Numbered from the stretch's first letter, positions 1 to 11,285 are shown. The stretch is DNA of 64,000 bases from an uncultured delta proteobacterium (GCA_963808235.1 CAWEEQ010000003.1:1-64000), one strand, 5' to 3'. A program made the numbers and translations. The notes: generated from the sequence alone by a model not told the origin.

Positions 1-2
1 AT

Positions 3-1379
3 CTCTACGAAAAAGGCAGCCTGGTTCTCCACATGCTTCGCCGCATCACCGGCGACGAGTTGTTTTTCAAATCGCTCAACCTTTATTGCACGCGGCATCG
101 CGGCGGCAATGTAATCACGCTCGACCTGCAGCGCGCGTTCGAAGACATCACGGGACGAAATCTCGATTGGTTTTTCGACCAGTGGGTCTACAAGGAGGGG
201 CATCCCGAGATCGAAGTCTCGAGCTCCTTCGACGACAAGAAAAAGCTGCTCAGCATTACAGTCAAGCAGACCCATAAGACCGCCGACACAACTGCGGCGT
301 TCAAGTTTCCAGTCACGATCGCGCTGATGGACGCAAATGGCGAAGAAGTTCGCCATCGCGTCGAAATCAAGGAGCGCGAGCAGGTTTTCAATTTTGTGCT
401 GGACAAGGCACCCAAAGCAGTGCGCTTCGATCCCGAACACAACGTCGTGAAAACGCTCAAACATAAGCGCGGGCGGGAGGCACTCGAGATCGAGCTGCGC
501 CACTCGCCCGAAGCTATTGGCCGCGCGGCCGCATGTCGCGAACTCGGCACCGAGGGCAGCCCGCAGGCCACCTTGGCGCTCCGCGATGCGCTCCTGGGCG
601 ACAAATTCTGGGGCGTGCAGGCCGACGCGGCGACCGCGCTCGGCGCCATCCGCACCAACACGGCTCTCGACGCGCTGCTCGAAGGCCTCAAGCTGCCGCA
701 TCCCAAGGCGCGCCGCGCGGTTGCGCGCGCGCTCGGCAATTTTCGCGGCGATGCTCGCGCCGCGGCGGCGCTGGCCGAAGTGATCGACAAGGGCGACCCG
801 AGCTACTTCGTCGAGGCCGAGGCTGCGCTCTCTCTCGGCAAGACTCGCGACGAGCGCGCGTTCGAGCGACTGTCCGCGATTCTCGGGCGCGACTCGTACC
901 TGGAGGTAATCCGAACTCATGCGCTGGCCGGGATGGCGGAGTCGCGCGATGAGCGCGCGATCGGCGTCGCTCACGACTACGTGCGCTACGGACAGCCGGC
1001 GCGCGCGCGCGTGGCCGCGGTAGGCACGCTGGCGCGATTCGCGGCGCTCAAGGAGAACCGGCGCATCGAGATTCTCGACTGGCTGACTCCACTCGCCGAC
1101 GATCACGAGTTCATGGTGCGGATGCGCATTCCGGCCGCATTCTCCGAAATTGGCGATCCACGCGCGATGCCTGCGTTGCGTCGCCTTGCCGATCGAGATC
1201 TCGATGGCCGCGTGCAGCGTCACGCCAATGAAGCGATCGCGTCTATCGGCGAGGGCCGCACCCGGGTCGAAGAGGGTCAGCGCCTGCGCGAGGATATCGA
1301 CAAGCTCCGCGACGAGAACAAGAAGTTGCAGGAGCGTCTCGAGAAGGTCGAAGTGCTCGCGCGCGAAAAACAATCCTGA
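3..1379 (+). CDS. M1-family aminopeptidase with C-terminal HEAT repeats and coiled coil (5'-truncated by window edge)
   Basis: Frame is open from position 3 and reads LYEKGSLVLHMLRR (M1 'YEKG' motif); then WFFDQWV, HEAT-like repeats and a C-terminal coiled coil. Confidence 0.85.
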   Translation, partial: LYEKGSLVLHMLRRITGDELFFKSLNLYCTRHRGGNVITLDLQRAFEDITGRNLDWFFDQWVYKEGHPEIEVSSSFDDKKKLLSITVKQTHKTADTTAAFKFPVTIALMDANGEEVRHRVEIKEREQVFNFVLDKAPKAVRFDPEHNVVKTLKHKRGREALEIELRHSPEAIGRAAACRELGTEGSPQATLALRDALLGDKFWGVQADAATALGAIRTNTALDALLEGLKLPHPKARRAVARALGNFRGDARAAAALAEVIDKGDPSYFVEAEAALSLGKTRDERAFERLSAILGRDSYLEVIRTHALAGMAESRDERAIGVAHDYVRYGQPARARVAAVGTLARFAALKENRRIEILDWLTPLADDHEFMVRMRIPAAFSEIGDPRAMPALRRLADRDLDGRVQRHANEAIASIGEGRTRVEEGQRLREDIDKLRDENKKLQERLEKVEVLAREKQS

Positions 1380-1395
1380 AGCGGGAGTGTCCACG

Positions 1396-2247
1396 ATGGA
1401 GAAAAAAATCTCCGTCTGCTTGAGCTTCGACTTCGACGCGATCTCGCTCTGGCTCGGAGGATTCCGCGCCAGCTCTCTGAGTGCAATTTCGCGCGGCGAG
1501 TTCGACCGCGTCGGCGCCGAGCGCTTGATCGCGATGCTCCGCGACGCGAATATCCGCTCGACCTGGTTCGTCCCCGGCCATAGCGTTGAGACTTATCCAC
1601 ATATCATCGAAATTCTGGTCGCCGCCGGTCATGAAATCGGCAATCACGGCTACCTTCATTCGCATCCGAAGAGTCCTGAGGACGAAGCCGCGATCCTCGA
1701 CCGCGGCAGCGAAGTGATCGCTCGCATTACCGGCCGCCGCCCGCTCGGCTACCGCTCGCCCGGCGCCGGCCTCAGCTACAACATGGTCGAGCTGCTCCTT
1801 GAGCGCGGCTTCGTTTACGACTCGAGCCTGATGGGCGACGACTTCTCGCCCTACTATCTGCGCTCGGGCAACGTCGCCTCGAACGATGGTCCCTACGTTT
1901 TCGGCAAGCCAATCGACGTGGTCGAAATTCCGTTCACCTGGGGCCTCGACGATTTCCCCGCCTTCGAGTACGTGACCAGTCGCGCCGGAATACAGCAGGG
2001 TTTGTCGTCGCCGAGCGCGGTCTATGAAATCTGGGCAGGCGACTTCGACTATCTTTACGATCGAATCGGCGAAGGCGTTTACACGCTCACGATGCATCCC
2101 CAGGTGATCGGCCGCGGCCACCGGCTGCTGATGCTCGAGCGGCTGCTCGATCACATCCGCAATCGGCCCGGCGTCGAGTTCACAACGATGCTCGAAGCCG
2201 CGACCGCCTGGAAACGGTCGCATCCGCTTACCCACGACCACGCCTAG
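1396..2247 (+). CDS. Polysaccharide deacetylase family protein (PuuE/PgdA-like)
   Basis: SFDFD, TWFVPG, HEIGNHGYLH, GYRSPG, YDSSLM, TMHPQVIGR motifs; GGGAG RBS before ATG 1396. Confidence 0.85.
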   Translation: MEKKISVCLSFDFDAISLWLGGFRASSLSAISRGEFDRVGAERLIAMLRDANIRSTWFVPGHSVETYPHIIEILVAAGHEIGNHGYLHSHPKSPEDEAAILDRGSEVIARITGRRPLGYRSPGAGLSYNMVELLLERGFVYDSSLMGDDFSPYYLRSGNVASNDGPYVFGKPIDVVEIPFTWGLDDFPAFEYVTSRAGIQQGLSSPSAVYEIWAGDFDYLYDRIGEGVYTLTMHPQVIGRGHRLLMLERLLDHIRNRPGVEFTTMLEAATAWKRSHPLTHDHA

Positions 2248-2422
2248 CCATTGAGGGGCGTACCCTGTCGGCGGTCGCGAAGCGCCCCGGACATGTATCC
2301 CTGCTCTGCTTACCTACCCACTAGACATATTATTTAACTTTCGGTAGGCTCCGGCTCGCATACAAGAACGCTTGGATTGACTGCATAGCGGCAGAAGGTG
2401 AGCCCTAAGCCATGAGAGTTGC

Positions 2423-3673
2423 TTGATGCACGAACAGCACGCCACACGTGAAACGCAGCCCGCTGCCCTGGCGACGAGCATCCCGAAGCTTCGCATGAAG
2501 CTCATCGTGTGGTCGATTTTCTTGTTTGCCGGATTCGGTCTGTGCGCGCCGGCACCGATGCTGTTCGCGCAGGATGACGCGCCGCTTGCGCGCCCCCAGG
2601 CGTATTCGACCGTGATACCGCTGAAGGGTTTCAGCGCTGAGGCGGCACAAGCTGGTAGCGCTGCTGGAACGATCCCGCTCTGGAACTACAAAGTCACCTC
2701 GCCGCTCAACGGTCAAGTCTATTCGGGTGCGATGGTCGGCCGAAGCCCGTTTTTCCACGGCGCACGGACGACGAATGTCCCGGCCATAATAGTTCCGCTC
2801 ATAATAAAGTTCTCCAATGGAACCGTATTCGATCCGACCGCGACCGATAACACCTGTTCACCCGCCGGAACGCCGCTCAGCCTGACCCAAAATTCGCCGC
2901 TATATGTGCCGCTCGACATCAGCATGGGCGGCGTCGATATGGGCACGGCGCAGTACGTCGATGCGTTCCAGCGTGGCAACTTCTGGACCAACGTTTCGGT
3001 GACCGAGGATCGTTATCACACGACACTCAGTCCGGTGACGGTGCTCCCGGCCGTGACAGTTACCGTGCCGTCCGCGGACGGGGCTGTGTTTTCGACCGCC
3101 GCCTATGGCGGATGCGGCGGGATCATCGGCGTCATGAATATCAACTGGTTCGATCCGCTGGTCACGGGAACGATCATCCCGAACCTGGCTACCAAAGGTG
3201 TCGGTCCCACAACTTTTCCTCTCTTGGTGATGAAAGACGTGGTGATGACCAGTGGAACGCCGACCTTCCCCTCCAATTGCTGCATCCTGGGCTACCACGG
3301 GGCCTTTGGAGGCCCCGCTCAGACGTACGCACCGGCCGACTTTGACACCACCGGAATTTTCATTGGCGTTTCGGACATCACCGCGATGAGTCACGAGGTC
3401 GGCGAATGGATGGACGATCCGACCGGCAACAATTCGACTCCATCGTGGGGTCACACCGGACAGGTGGGTGGATGTCAAAGCAATCTGGAAGTCGGCGATC
3501 CGCTTAGCGGCACTGAATTTCCGCCGCTGCTTGCGTCCAACGGTTTCACCTATCACCCGCAAGAGCTGGCCTTTTTTTCCTGGTTCTTTCGTGAGTCACC
3601 TTCGCGCGGCGTGAACGGGTGGTACTCCGACAACGGCACCTTCAACCAGGATGCGGGCGCGGCTTGCTCGTAA
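2423..3673 (+). CDS. Secreted hypothetical protein with CCILGYH and [11 protein letters not shown] motifs (start may be 2495)
   Basis: Long ORF, signal-peptide-like stretch from [11 protein letters not shown], several Cys pairs. Confidence 0.7.
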   Translation: MMHEQHATRETQPAALATSIPKLRMKLIVWSIFLFAGFGLCAPAPMLFAQDDAPLARPQAYSTVIPLKGFSAEAAQAGSAAGTIPLWNYKVTSPLNGQVYSGAMVGRSPFFHGARTTNVPAIIVPLIIKFSNGTVFDPTATDNTCSPAGTPLSLTQNSPLYVPLDISMGGVDMGTAQYVDAFQRGNFWTNVSVTEDRYHTTLSPVTVLPAVTVTVPSADGAVFSTAAYGGCGGIIGVMNINWFDPLVTGTIIPNLATKGVGPTTFPLLVMKDVVMTSGTPTFPSNCCILGYHGAFGGPAQTYAPADFDTTGIFIGVSDITAMSHEVGEWMDDPTGNNSTPSWGHTGQVGGCQSNLEVGDPLSGTEFPPLLASNGFTYHPQELAFFSWFFRESPSRGVNGWYSDNGTFNQDAGAACS

Positions 3674-3677
3674 TCCT

Positions 3678-5027
3678 ATGAGCCGCCGCCGACATAATCA
3701 GCGTCGAACCATCGGCGGCGCGCTTTTCAGTTTGCTACTCGCGAGCGTGTTTGCGGCGACGATCGCGCACGCCGATTCGATGCTTGCGATAACGAGCGCC
3801 GGTGCTCAGAGCGCAAATGACTCCGTCAACTGGTCGCAGCTCGGCGCCGACGCCACCTCACTCGGATCCAGCTTCAATGCCACCTCAGGCGGAGGTTTGA
3901 GCGTCGCCGCTACCCTGGCGGGATCCGGCAGCCTGGTGTCGATCGCATGTCCTGCGTCGTCGTGCAGCTGGAACAGTACGGGCTTCGGCGCGGGCGATAG
4001 CCTGGTCTGGACCTCGGATCTCGGCAATGGCGGTAACGGACCGCTGAATCTAAGCCTGGGCGCTTCGGTGTCAGGCGTCGGCGCTCTTATCCAGGCAGAT
4101 GGACCGGCCCAATTTACCGCGCAGGTCCAGGTCTTCAACGGCGGGACTTCGCTGGGATCTTTTCCTGTAACCAGCGACACGAACGGCGACGCGACCTACG
4201 TCGGAGTCAAAGATCAGACCGGCGCGAATATCAGTAAGGCGGTCTTCAGCGTCACGAGTTGCCAGGGCGCCTGCTCTGATTTTGCGATCGATACCGTGAA
4301 CTTTAACCGTGGCGCGGTCGCGTCACCGACACCCACCGCGACTGCGACCAACACTGCGACGGCCACCCCGACTGCGAGCGCAACTCCTACCGCGACTACC
4401 ACTGCAACCAGTACCAGAACTGCGACGGCCACGCTCACCGCGACTCCAACTGCGACGACTACATCGACCGCCACGTCGACCAGCACCCGGACCGCCTCCG
4501 CAACCGCGACTTCAACGCCAACTGCGACCGCAACTCCAACGGCAACCGCTACATCAACTGCCACGCCGACCAGCACCAGTACCCAGACTGCCACGGCGAC
4601 GGCTACTTCGACCGCGACGCCGACGAGAACCGCAACTTCAACGCCGACCAGCACCAGAACTGCGACCGCTACTCCTACTCGAACCCCAAGTGCGACTCCG
4701 ACGCCAAAGAACCATAAGCACGGCAAGCTCTCGGTGAATCAACCGTCGCTCAATCTGTTTGCCAAAGTTGGCGATCACGAAAGCGCAAACGTGAAAATCA
4801 CCAACCATGGCCACGGCCTGCTCGAAGGCAGCGTGAGCGGACCCGCAGGCTCGCCCTTCTCGTCAAGCGGCATGGGGCCGTTTGTGTTTTCGCCCGGGAA
4901 CTCCAAGTACGTGAGGGTAACGTTCGCGCCGACAATCCAGGGTAAGTTCTCAGCCGAGCTGACCATCACGAGCGACGACCCCGCACGTCCGTCGGTCAAC
5001 GTGCCGATTACCGGAACTGCAAAATAA
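3678..5027 (+). CDS. Secreted/surface protein: N-terminal beta domain, Thr/Ala/Pro linker, C-terminal ASPM-SPD2-Hydin (choice-of-anchor D)-like Ig domain
   Basis: Signal peptide ending AHA; ~125-aa TATPTAT linker; C-terminus VTFAPT...LTITSDDP...V.ITG. Confidence 0.75.
   Translation: MSRRRHNQRRTIGGALFSLLLASVFAATIAHADSMLAITSAGAQSANDSVNWSQLGADATSLGSSFNATSGGGLSVAATLAGSGSLVSIACPASSCSWNSTGFGAGDSLVWTSDLGNGGNGPLNLSLGASVSGVGALIQADGPAQFTAQVQVFNGGTSLGSFPVTSDTNGDATYVGVKDQTGANISKAVFSVTSCQGACSDFAIDTVNFNRGAVASPTPTATATNTATATPTASATPTATTTATSTRTATATLTATPTATTTSTATSTSTRTASATATSTPTATATPTATATSTATPTSTSTQTATATATSTATPTRTATSTPTSTRTATATPTRTPSATPTPKNHKHGKLSVNQPSLNLFAKVGDHESANVKITNHGHGLLEGSVSGPAGSPFSSSGMGPFVFSPGNSKYVRVTFAPTIQGKFSAELTITSDDPARPSVNVPITGTAK
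4325..4705 (+). repeat. Intragenic Thr/Ala/Pro/Ser low-complexity linker
   Basis: Translation [24 protein letters not shown]... Confidence 0.85.
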
Positions 5028-5052
5028 ATCCGCGCGTTCAACGACTCAGACC

Positions 5053-5094
5053 AAAAGAAAAGCGGCGAGCCGGATGGCCCGCCGCTCTCTTTTT
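5053..5094. terminator. Bidirectional intrinsic terminator between convergent genes
   Basis: AAAAGAAA-AGCGGCG...CGCCGCT-CTCTTTTT: GC stem flanked by A-run and T-run. Confidence 0.75.
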
Positions 5095-5121
5095 AGGTCG
5101 CTGCGCCAGGAGTCTACAATC

Positions 5122-6549
5122 CTACGCGTCGTAGTAAAGCGCGAATTCGTACGGATGCGGCCGCAGACGGATCGCGCTTACTTCGTTCGCCATCTTGTAT
5201 TCGATCCAGGTGTCGATCAGATCCTCGGTGAAAACGTCGCCCTTGAGCAGGAACTCGTGATCCCGCTTCAAGTTGCTGAGCGACTCTTCGAGCGACGCGG
5301 GCATACTCGGCACCTCTGCCAGCTCGACCGGCGTCAATGCGTAGATGTCCTTGTCGAGCGGCTGGCCCGGGTCGAGCCGGCGCTGGATTCCGTCGAGTCC
5401 CGCCATCAGCATCGCGGAGAACGCGAGATACGGATTGCAGGTCGGGTCCGGGAATCGCACTTCGATTCGCTTGGCTTTCGGCGACGGCGAATACATCGGG
5501 ATTCGCACTGAGGCCGAGCGGTTTCGCGACGAGTAGGCGAGGTTGATCGGCGCCTCGAAGCCCGGCACCAGCCGGCGATACGAGTTGGTGCCCGGGTTGG
5601 TGAAGGCCGCCAGCGTCGGCGCGTGATGCAGGATGCCCGCGATATAGTGCATCGCGGTCTCCGACATCCCCGCATATCCGTTGCCCGCGAACAGCGGCGT
5701 GTCACCCTTCCAGATGCTCTGATGGGTGTGCATGCCGGTGCCGTTGTCGCCGAAGATCGGCTTGGGCATGAAGGTCGCCGTCATCCCGTGACGCACCGCG
5801 ACGTTCTTGACGATGTATTTGTACCAGGTCAGCCAGTCAGCCATTTTGGTCAAGGTCTGGAAGCGCATGTCGATTTCCGCCTGGCCCGCGGTCGCGACTT
5901 CGTGATGCTGCTTCTCGACCCGGATTCCGACTCGCTCCATCTCGAGCACCATCTCGGTGCGGATGTCCTGCAGCGTGTCGACCGGCGGGACCGGGAAGTA
6001 GCCGGCTTTGTTCTTGACCTTGAAGCCGAGGTTCGCGCCGTCCTTGACCGCGCCCTCGCGCCCGCTGTTCCAGTTACCTTCGTTCGAATCGATGTAGTAG
6101 TAGCTCGAATTCTGCGTGGTGTCGTAGCGCAGTGAGTCGAAGATGAAGAACTCCGGCTCGGGCCCGAAGTACGCCGAGTCGCCGATCCCCGTGGTCTTCA
6201 AATACGCTTCGGCCTTGCGCGAGATGTTGCGCGGGTCGCGCGTGTAATCGGCGCGAGTGATCGGATCCGAAATGTTGGCGATGATGCTGAGCGTCGGATC
6301 CTTGGTGAAAGGATCCATCACCGCAGTGTCTGGATCGGGAATCACCAGCATGTCGCTGTTGTCGATCGCCTGCCAGCCGCGAATCGACGATCCATCGAAG
6401 CCGAGACCCTCGTCGAAAGGCGCTTCGTCTTTGAACTCGGAGATCGGGGCAGTGAAATGCTGCCACGTGCCGAGCAGGTCGATAAACTTCACATCGACCA
6501 TCACCACGCCCTTTTCCTTGATCATCTGCAAAACTTGTTTAGGCGTCAT
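5122..6549 (-). CDS. glnA: Glutamine synthetase type I (GSI-beta)
   Basis: [59 protein letters not shown]; adenylylation-loop Tyr in DKDIY; GGAGG RBS. Confidence 0.97.
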   Translation of the reverse strand: MTPKQVLQMIKEKGVVMVDVKFIDLLGTWQHFTAPISEFKDEAPFDEGLGFDGSSIRGWQAIDNSDMLVIPDPDTAVMDPFTKDPTLSIIANISDPITRADYTRDPRNISRKAEAYLKTTGIGDSAYFGPEPEFFIFDSLRYDTTQNSSYYYIDSNEGNWNSGREGAVKDGANLGFKVKNKAGYFPVPPVDTLQDIRTEMVLEMERVGIRVEKQHHEVATAGQAEIDMRFQTLTKMADWLTWYKYIVKNVAVRHGMTATFMPKPIFGDNGTGMHTHQSIWKGDTPLFAGNGYAGMSETAMHYIAGILHHAPTLAAFTNPGTNSYRRLVPGFEAPINLAYSSRNRSASVRIPMYSPSPKAKRIEVRFPDPTCNPYLAFSAMLMAGLDGIQRRLDPGQPLDKDIYALTPVELAEVPSMPASLEESLSNLKRDHEFLLKGDVFTEDLIDTWIEYKMANEVSAIRLRPHPYEFALYYDA

Positions 6550-6868
6550 CGAACCCGTAGCCCTCCTGGCCGCTTAACGGGGCGGCACCCACTTTGTTGA
6601 TTTATCGAAAAATTAAGCCCGCTGCGCCTCGCGCCGCTCGACAATAAAACTCACAGGCTTCAAGAATTGCACCGGCCGTTACAGTTCTCCAGTTACGAAA
6701 CGAACCGCGCGGCCGACAACGTTTTCTGTCACGAAAACTCCTGAAACGCAACGCCCATTAAACGAGCAAGTGACGCTTTCTTGGACAGCATCCAACGCCA
6801 AACGACAGCGTCCACCGCCAGGAAACGGGAACACTAAAGCATTCATTTCGAATCTCTCGCCCCGGCCT

Positions 6869-7882
6869 TCAGCCCAGTATTTTGATAACAGCAAAATAGA
6901 TGCCCAGCAGCACCAGGCCCATCGGCACCCCAACCTTCGCCCACGCCGCACTGCCGATTTTGAGCGCGCCGGCGCTGACGATATTTGGGATATTCCCGGG
7001 TATCAGCATCCCGCCCGAAATGAGCAGCGCCAGGATCGCCTCCCGGGCGCGCGGCAGAGTCATCTTGTGAACTTCGAGCGCGACCAGCGTCGCGTTGTCG
7101 AGCGCCGCCGAAACCGTGTTGGCCCAGAACAAAAGATCGTTGCTCATCTTGTTGACATACTCGTTGGCGATCGGACCGTAAGCGTCGCTGATCATCACGA
7201 GTCCGGCGATGAACGCGAACACCTTGAGTGCCTGAACAAGGATTTGCAGGTAGGATTGGCGGACATTGCCGACCGCATTGTCGCCCTCGTATTCACCGCG
7301 CGCGAAAACACCGGCCACGATCGAAGTCGCCACGACACCCGGCACCACCCATGGCGCAAGCAAGTCGAAGAGACCGAAGAAGCCCAGGTTCAGCGCCCGC
7401 GCCGCAAGCGTCGATAGTGGCTCGCCGATCGGGGTCATCGCCGCGCCCATCGCGATCGCGAAACATCCGGCGATTGTCACGCGGACCCTTCTCTCGCGCT
7501 CGAGATGAAGCATCCCGACGACTTCGACAAGAACCAGCGCGGCGACTATCGCGGTAATAATGCTGGAAATAGTCGCGATCACGAAAATCGCAGCGCCGCT
7601 CAGTACCGGGCGCGAGACTCGACTGCGAAGCCGCGTGAAGCTCATGTCGAGTCTCGCGTTGCTCCATCGAAAAAGAAGTGCCGCGACGACTACCGCAACG
7701 CTGATCGCGAGCGGCTCGTGCAGCGCCTTGGCAATCAGTTCCCGACTGAAGCCGGCCCCCAGGATAGTCGCGAGCACGCCGAGTCCCAGGCAATAGAGCT
7801 CGATATTGTGCTCGATCCATGAGATCGCAAGTGGGCCAAACAGAAGCAGGACCAGGATTGTGATCGCGGATGTGTGATTCAT
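6869..7882 (-). CDS. DUF1646-family membrane protein (IT-superfamily-like putative transporter)
   Basis: Multi-TM; EHNIE, TPIGEPLST, SAALDNATL, SGGMLIPGNIPNI motifs. Confidence 0.75.
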   Translation of the reverse strand: MNHTSAITILVLLLFGPLAISWIEHNIELYCLGLGVLATILGAGFSRELIAKALHEPLAISVAVVVAALLFRWSNARLDMSFTRLRSRVSRPVLSGAAIFVIATISSIITAIVAALVLVEVVGMLHLERERRVRVTIAGCFAIAMGAAMTPIGEPLSTLAARALNLGFFGLFDLLAPWVVPGVVATSIVAGVFARGEYEGDNAVGNVRQSYLQILVQALKVFAFIAGLVMISDAYGPIANEYVNKMSNDLLFWANTVSAALDNATLVALEVHKMTLPRAREAILALLISGGMLIPGNIPNIVSAGALKIGSAAWAKVGVPMGLVLLGIYFAVIKILG

Positions 7883-7936
7883 CGGAGGGCGGACGAATTC
7901 CTAGCATGCTTGCCGAACAAGATGAATCGGAGCCGG

Positions 7937-7972
7937 AAAGACAAGCGGCGGATCCGTTCCGGACCCGCCGCC
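7937..7972 (-). terminator. Intrinsic terminator downstream of porin gene
   Basis: GCGGCGG-ATCC/GGAC-CCGCCGC stem followed on the - strand by TTGTCTTT. Confidence 0.55.
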
Positions 7973-8000
7973 TGCGAAGATGAAACTCCTCCCCGAGTGG

Positions 8001-9455
8001 TTAGAAGGCGTAAATGAAGTTCGCAGCCAAGGTGTCCTGGCCGCGCCATAGATGAAAATTCGTGCCGGTCAGCGGATTGATGGTGCCGTTGTTCGTGAAT
8101 ACGTTCTCATCCGAATTGTCGTGCCGATATTCCAGGCGCGCGATGAGTCCCGTCACTTCGGGTATCTTGTAGCTCAGCGTCTGGGTGATCTCCCACACTG
8201 TCTGGCCGGTGCCCGTGGTGCGCGCACCGTCCTTGTCCTGGAAGAATTCGCCGCGTGTCGCCGCCTCGACCGAGGGCGTGAAGTCGTACACCAGGTACTG
8301 CGCCATTCCCTGCCACGATGCGCTGTGGCCGTGGATCACCGGACCTTCCTGACTACCGTACAGGTACTCGGTCTGCAGGGTCAGCTTGGGTATGAACGAC
8401 GGCTTCCAGGTAAAGATCGGATCGATCGCGCCCAGGTTGGAGTTCGAAGTCTGCTTACCATTAGCCCCGCCGATAGCATTCGGGCCCCAGATGCCGTTGA
8501 GCACAAGCGACACCGACTTGTCCTTGGTGTTGAGGGTTAGCTCGCCCTCATAGTTCGGACCGGCGTTGGAGTTGGCGGCTGGATCATCCCATCCGTTGTT
8601 CACTCCGGCCGTGGCCGATACGAAGTCGTTGAACGTGTAGCTGGCGCGGATGCCGGTGTGAGTCAGCGGTTCGCCCAGGTTGAAGAGCAGGCCGCGGCTC
8701 TCGTTGTAGTTCTGGTTGTTGTAAACCGGAATGACCTCGGCACCGAGCAGCGTCACGAAACGTCCGGCCTCAAAATTCACGCCCGAGCCGAGCGGCGCAG
8801 TATAGGTCAGGTAATACTGGGTCGGATCGACGAACTGATTGCCGACCGGGGACGGGTTCGAGTAGTGCGTGACCGAGGAAATCGCGTTGGCGACCTGGCC
8901 GAAGTTGATATCGGTCACGAAGCCAACGGTTCCATCGCGCTCGATATGCAGATTGCCCTGGGTGAGCTGAAATCCATCCTGGTCCCATGCGCGGAACACG
9001 TTGGTGTTGCCGTTGGGCTGGTTGAAGTTATGCTCGTAGCCCGCATCCACCAGCGCATGGACGCTGATTCCAAGGTTGTCCGACAAATTTTTCTTGATGT
9101 CGCTGACATCCTTTTCGACCAGGCCCACATGCTCGCCAATCGTGGCCGGCTTCGCGTCGGCGGTTGCCGGCGGCGCGACGGTGATCGCCTGTTCGATCTT
9201 CTTGACCTCGCTGCTGGTGTCGTCGGTCTGCTTCTGCAGATTGCTCATCTGGCCCGACAACGCGTCGAGCCGCTGCTGTTCGCTGGCGCTCGCGACGACA
9301 GTCGTGGTGACTACAGTCTTCCGATGTTTGTGTTTCGTCGTCGTGGTTTCCGTTGTTTGCGCCCAACTATTCGCGTGGCAGAACAGCAAAATCGCTGCTA
9401 TGCCGGCGAAGAGCCGAATCCCTGGGCCGACCCGGGTCTTAATCCCTCTGTTCAC
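8001..9455 (-). CDS. Outer-membrane beta-barrel porin (putative beta-barrel porin-2 / OmpL-like) with N-terminal coiled coil
   Basis: GTG start after GGAGGGAGGAG; signal peptide; GRFVTLLGAEV, PLTHTGIR, RLEYRHD motifs; C-terminal aromatic IYAF. Confidence 0.8.
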   Translation of the reverse strand: MNRGIKTRVGPGIRLFAGIAAILLFCHANSWAQTTETTTTKHKHRKTVVTTTVVASASEQQRLDALSGQMSNLQKQTDDTSSEVKKIEQAITVAPPATADAKPATIGEHVGLVEKDVSDIKKNLSDNLGISVHALVDAGYEHNFNQPNGNTNVFRAWDQDGFQLTQGNLHIERDGTVGFVTDINFGQVANAISSVTHYSNPSPVGNQFVDPTQYYLTYTAPLGSGVNFEAGRFVTLLGAEVIPVYNNQNYNESRGLLFNLGEPLTHTGIRASYTFNDFVSATAGVNNGWDDPAANSNAGPNYEGELTLNTKDKSVSLVLNGIWGPNAIGGANGKQTSNSNLGAIDPIFTWKPSFIPKLTLQTEYLYGSQEGPVIHGHSASWQGMAQYLVYDFTPSVEAATRGEFFQDKDGARTTGTGQTVWEITQTLSYKIPEVTGLIARLEYRHDNSDENVFTNNGTINPLTGTNFHLWRGQDTLAANFIYAF

Positions 9456-9754
9456 GATCTCCTCCCTCCGAGACACGCGGTCGTACGCCGCGGCTTGCTG
9501 CGCCCACACGTAGCGGGCTGCGGTAATGAACCGGCAGCTTGGTTTCAAGATTCATACCGGGGTAATAATTGTCCGACGCCGAAATCTCTCAGCAACGACG
9601 TGAATTCGGATGGTCGGTTAGCCGGTGGTGACGCCCGTATAAAATGCATCTGCTGTCTCCTTAAGCATTTTTCGGGTCCCTAAGTGACAGATTCGGCAGA
9701 TTTTGCAAGTGATAAGTATGAAGCTAAACGTTGCATTTCGCAGGAAGTACCAAC

Positions 9755-10921
9755 ATGGATTTTGAATTGACCCAAGCGCAAAGCGAGATCGTCCGGCAGG
9801 TGCGGACGCTATGCGGAAACTTTCCCGACGAGTACTGGCGCGAGCACGATCGACGCGCGGAATTTCCCCACGATTTCTATGATGCGGTCGCCAAAGCCGG
9901 TTACCTGGGCGTCGCGATTCCGGAAAAGTACGGCGGCAGCGGCCTCGGCATCACGGAGGCATCTCTTGTGATGCGCGAAATCGCCGCGTCGGGCGGAGCG
10001 ATGGCGGCCGCAAGCTCGGTTCACCTCTCGATCTTCGGAGTGAGCCCGCTCGTCTTTCATGGCAGTGAAGAACAAAAGCGCCGCTACTTGCCCAGGGTCG
10101 TCAGCGGCGAGATGCATGTCGCGTTTGCGGTCACCGAGCCCGACGCCGGCAACGACATCACGCATATTAAGACTGCCGCGCGGCGTGACGGGGACAACTA
10201 CGTGATCAACGGGCGCAAGGTCTTCACCACCAAAGCTCGCGAGGCGGCCAAGATGCTGCTGCTGACGCGGACTACGCCATTCGATCAGGTGCAGAAGAAG
10301 ACCGACGGCATGAGCCTGTTCTTCGCGGACCTCGATCCGGCCACGGTCGAGATTCGCGAGCTCGAGAAACTCGGTCGCGCCGCAGTCGATACCAACCTGC
10401 TTTTCATCGACAACCTGAAAGTGTCGGCGACCGATCTCATTGGCGGCGAGGGACGAGGATTTCATTGCCTGCTCGACGGGTTGAATCCGGAACGAATCCT
10501 GGTCGCCGCCGAGGCGATTGGAATCGGACGCGCGGCGATCGCGAAAGCGGTCAGGTATGCGAAAGAACGCGTCGTCTTCGGCCGTCCGATCGGACAAAAC
10601 CAGGCGATCGCGCATCCACTCGCCGATTCCTATTCCAAGCTCGAATCGGCCGAGCTGATGATGCTCAAGGCGGCGTGGCTGTTCGACAACCGCAAGCCGT
10701 GCGGCGCCGAGGCCAACACCGCGAAACTGCGCGCCGCCGACGCGGCCTTCGAAGCATGCGATCGCGCGGTGCAAACTCTGGGCGGATACGGTTACGTTCG
10801 CGACTACGACGTCGAGCGCTATTTTCGCGAGTGCCGCCTGCTCAAGATCGCGCCGGTGTCGCAGGAGATGGTGCTAAACTCGATTTCCGAGCACGTGCTC
10901 GGCCTGCCGAGGTCATACTAG
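9755..10921 (+). CDS. Acyl-CoA dehydrogenase
   Basis: IPEKYGGSG, FAVTEPDAG, INGRKVF, RVVFGRPIGQNQ, QTLGGYGY, ERYFRE. Confidence 0.93.
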   Translation: MDFELTQAQSEIVRQVRTLCGNFPDEYWREHDRRAEFPHDFYDAVAKAGYLGVAIPEKYGGSGLGITEASLVMREIAASGGAMAAASSVHLSIFGVSPLVFHGSEEQKRRYLPRVVSGEMHVAFAVTEPDAGNDITHIKTAARRDGDNYVINGRKVFTTKAREAAKMLLLTRTTPFDQVQKKTDGMSLFFADLDPATVEIRELEKLGRAAVDTNLLFIDNLKVSATDLIGGEGRGFHCLLDGLNPERILVAAEAIGIGRAAIAKAVRYAKERVVFGRPIGQNQAIAHPLADSYSKLESAELMMLKAAWLFDNRKPCGAEANTAKLRAADAAFEACDRAVQTLGGYGYVRDYDVERYFRECRLLKIAPVSQEMVLNSISEHVLGLPRSY

Positions 10922-10931
10922 GGTCGCATCG

Positions 10932-11285
10932 ATGCGCAAAGGCGCGATCATCATGCTGCTCGCCGCGCTCGGCTTCGCGCTCTACGTGTTCTTCGCGCTG
11001 TTCGCAGTCGAGCCAATAAAAGTGGCGGGGAGCCGTCTGGTCCGCAGCGGCGACGAAGTGTCGGTCGAAGGGGATCTGCGCAACACGGGCGGGGATGCCG
11101 GGCCGATCGAAGTGGAGGTCCGCTACTTCGATCGCAGTGGGCGAGCTATAGGCAACGATAAGGTCAGCGTGGGAGGTCTGAGGAGCGGTAGCGAATCCCA
11201 TTTCAAAAGTTCACCGCAAAAACTTGACGGCGTCGCGGATTTTTCGCTTTACTTGAATCATGGCCGAAATCCCTATGGAAATTGA
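10932..11285 (+). CDS. FxLYD-like Ig domain membrane-anchored protein
   Basis: N-terminal TM; V.G.LRNTG...V.VRYFD..G..IG pattern. Confidence 0.6.
   Translation: MRKGAIIMLLAALGFALYVFFALFAVEPIKVAGSRLVRSGDEVSVEGDLRNTGGDAGPIEVEVRYFDRSGRAIGNDKVSVGGLRSGSESHFKSSPQKLDGVADFSLYLNHGRNPYGN

Noticed and set aside
4214-4726. Val/Ala-rich ORFs here and at 50102-50893 and 51407-52309
   Set aside because: Antisense shadows of the Thr-Ala linkers
6550-6868. Sigma54 promoter or glutamine riboswitch upstream of glnA
   Set aside because: No convincing -24/-12 consensus or glnA-motif consensus found by eye
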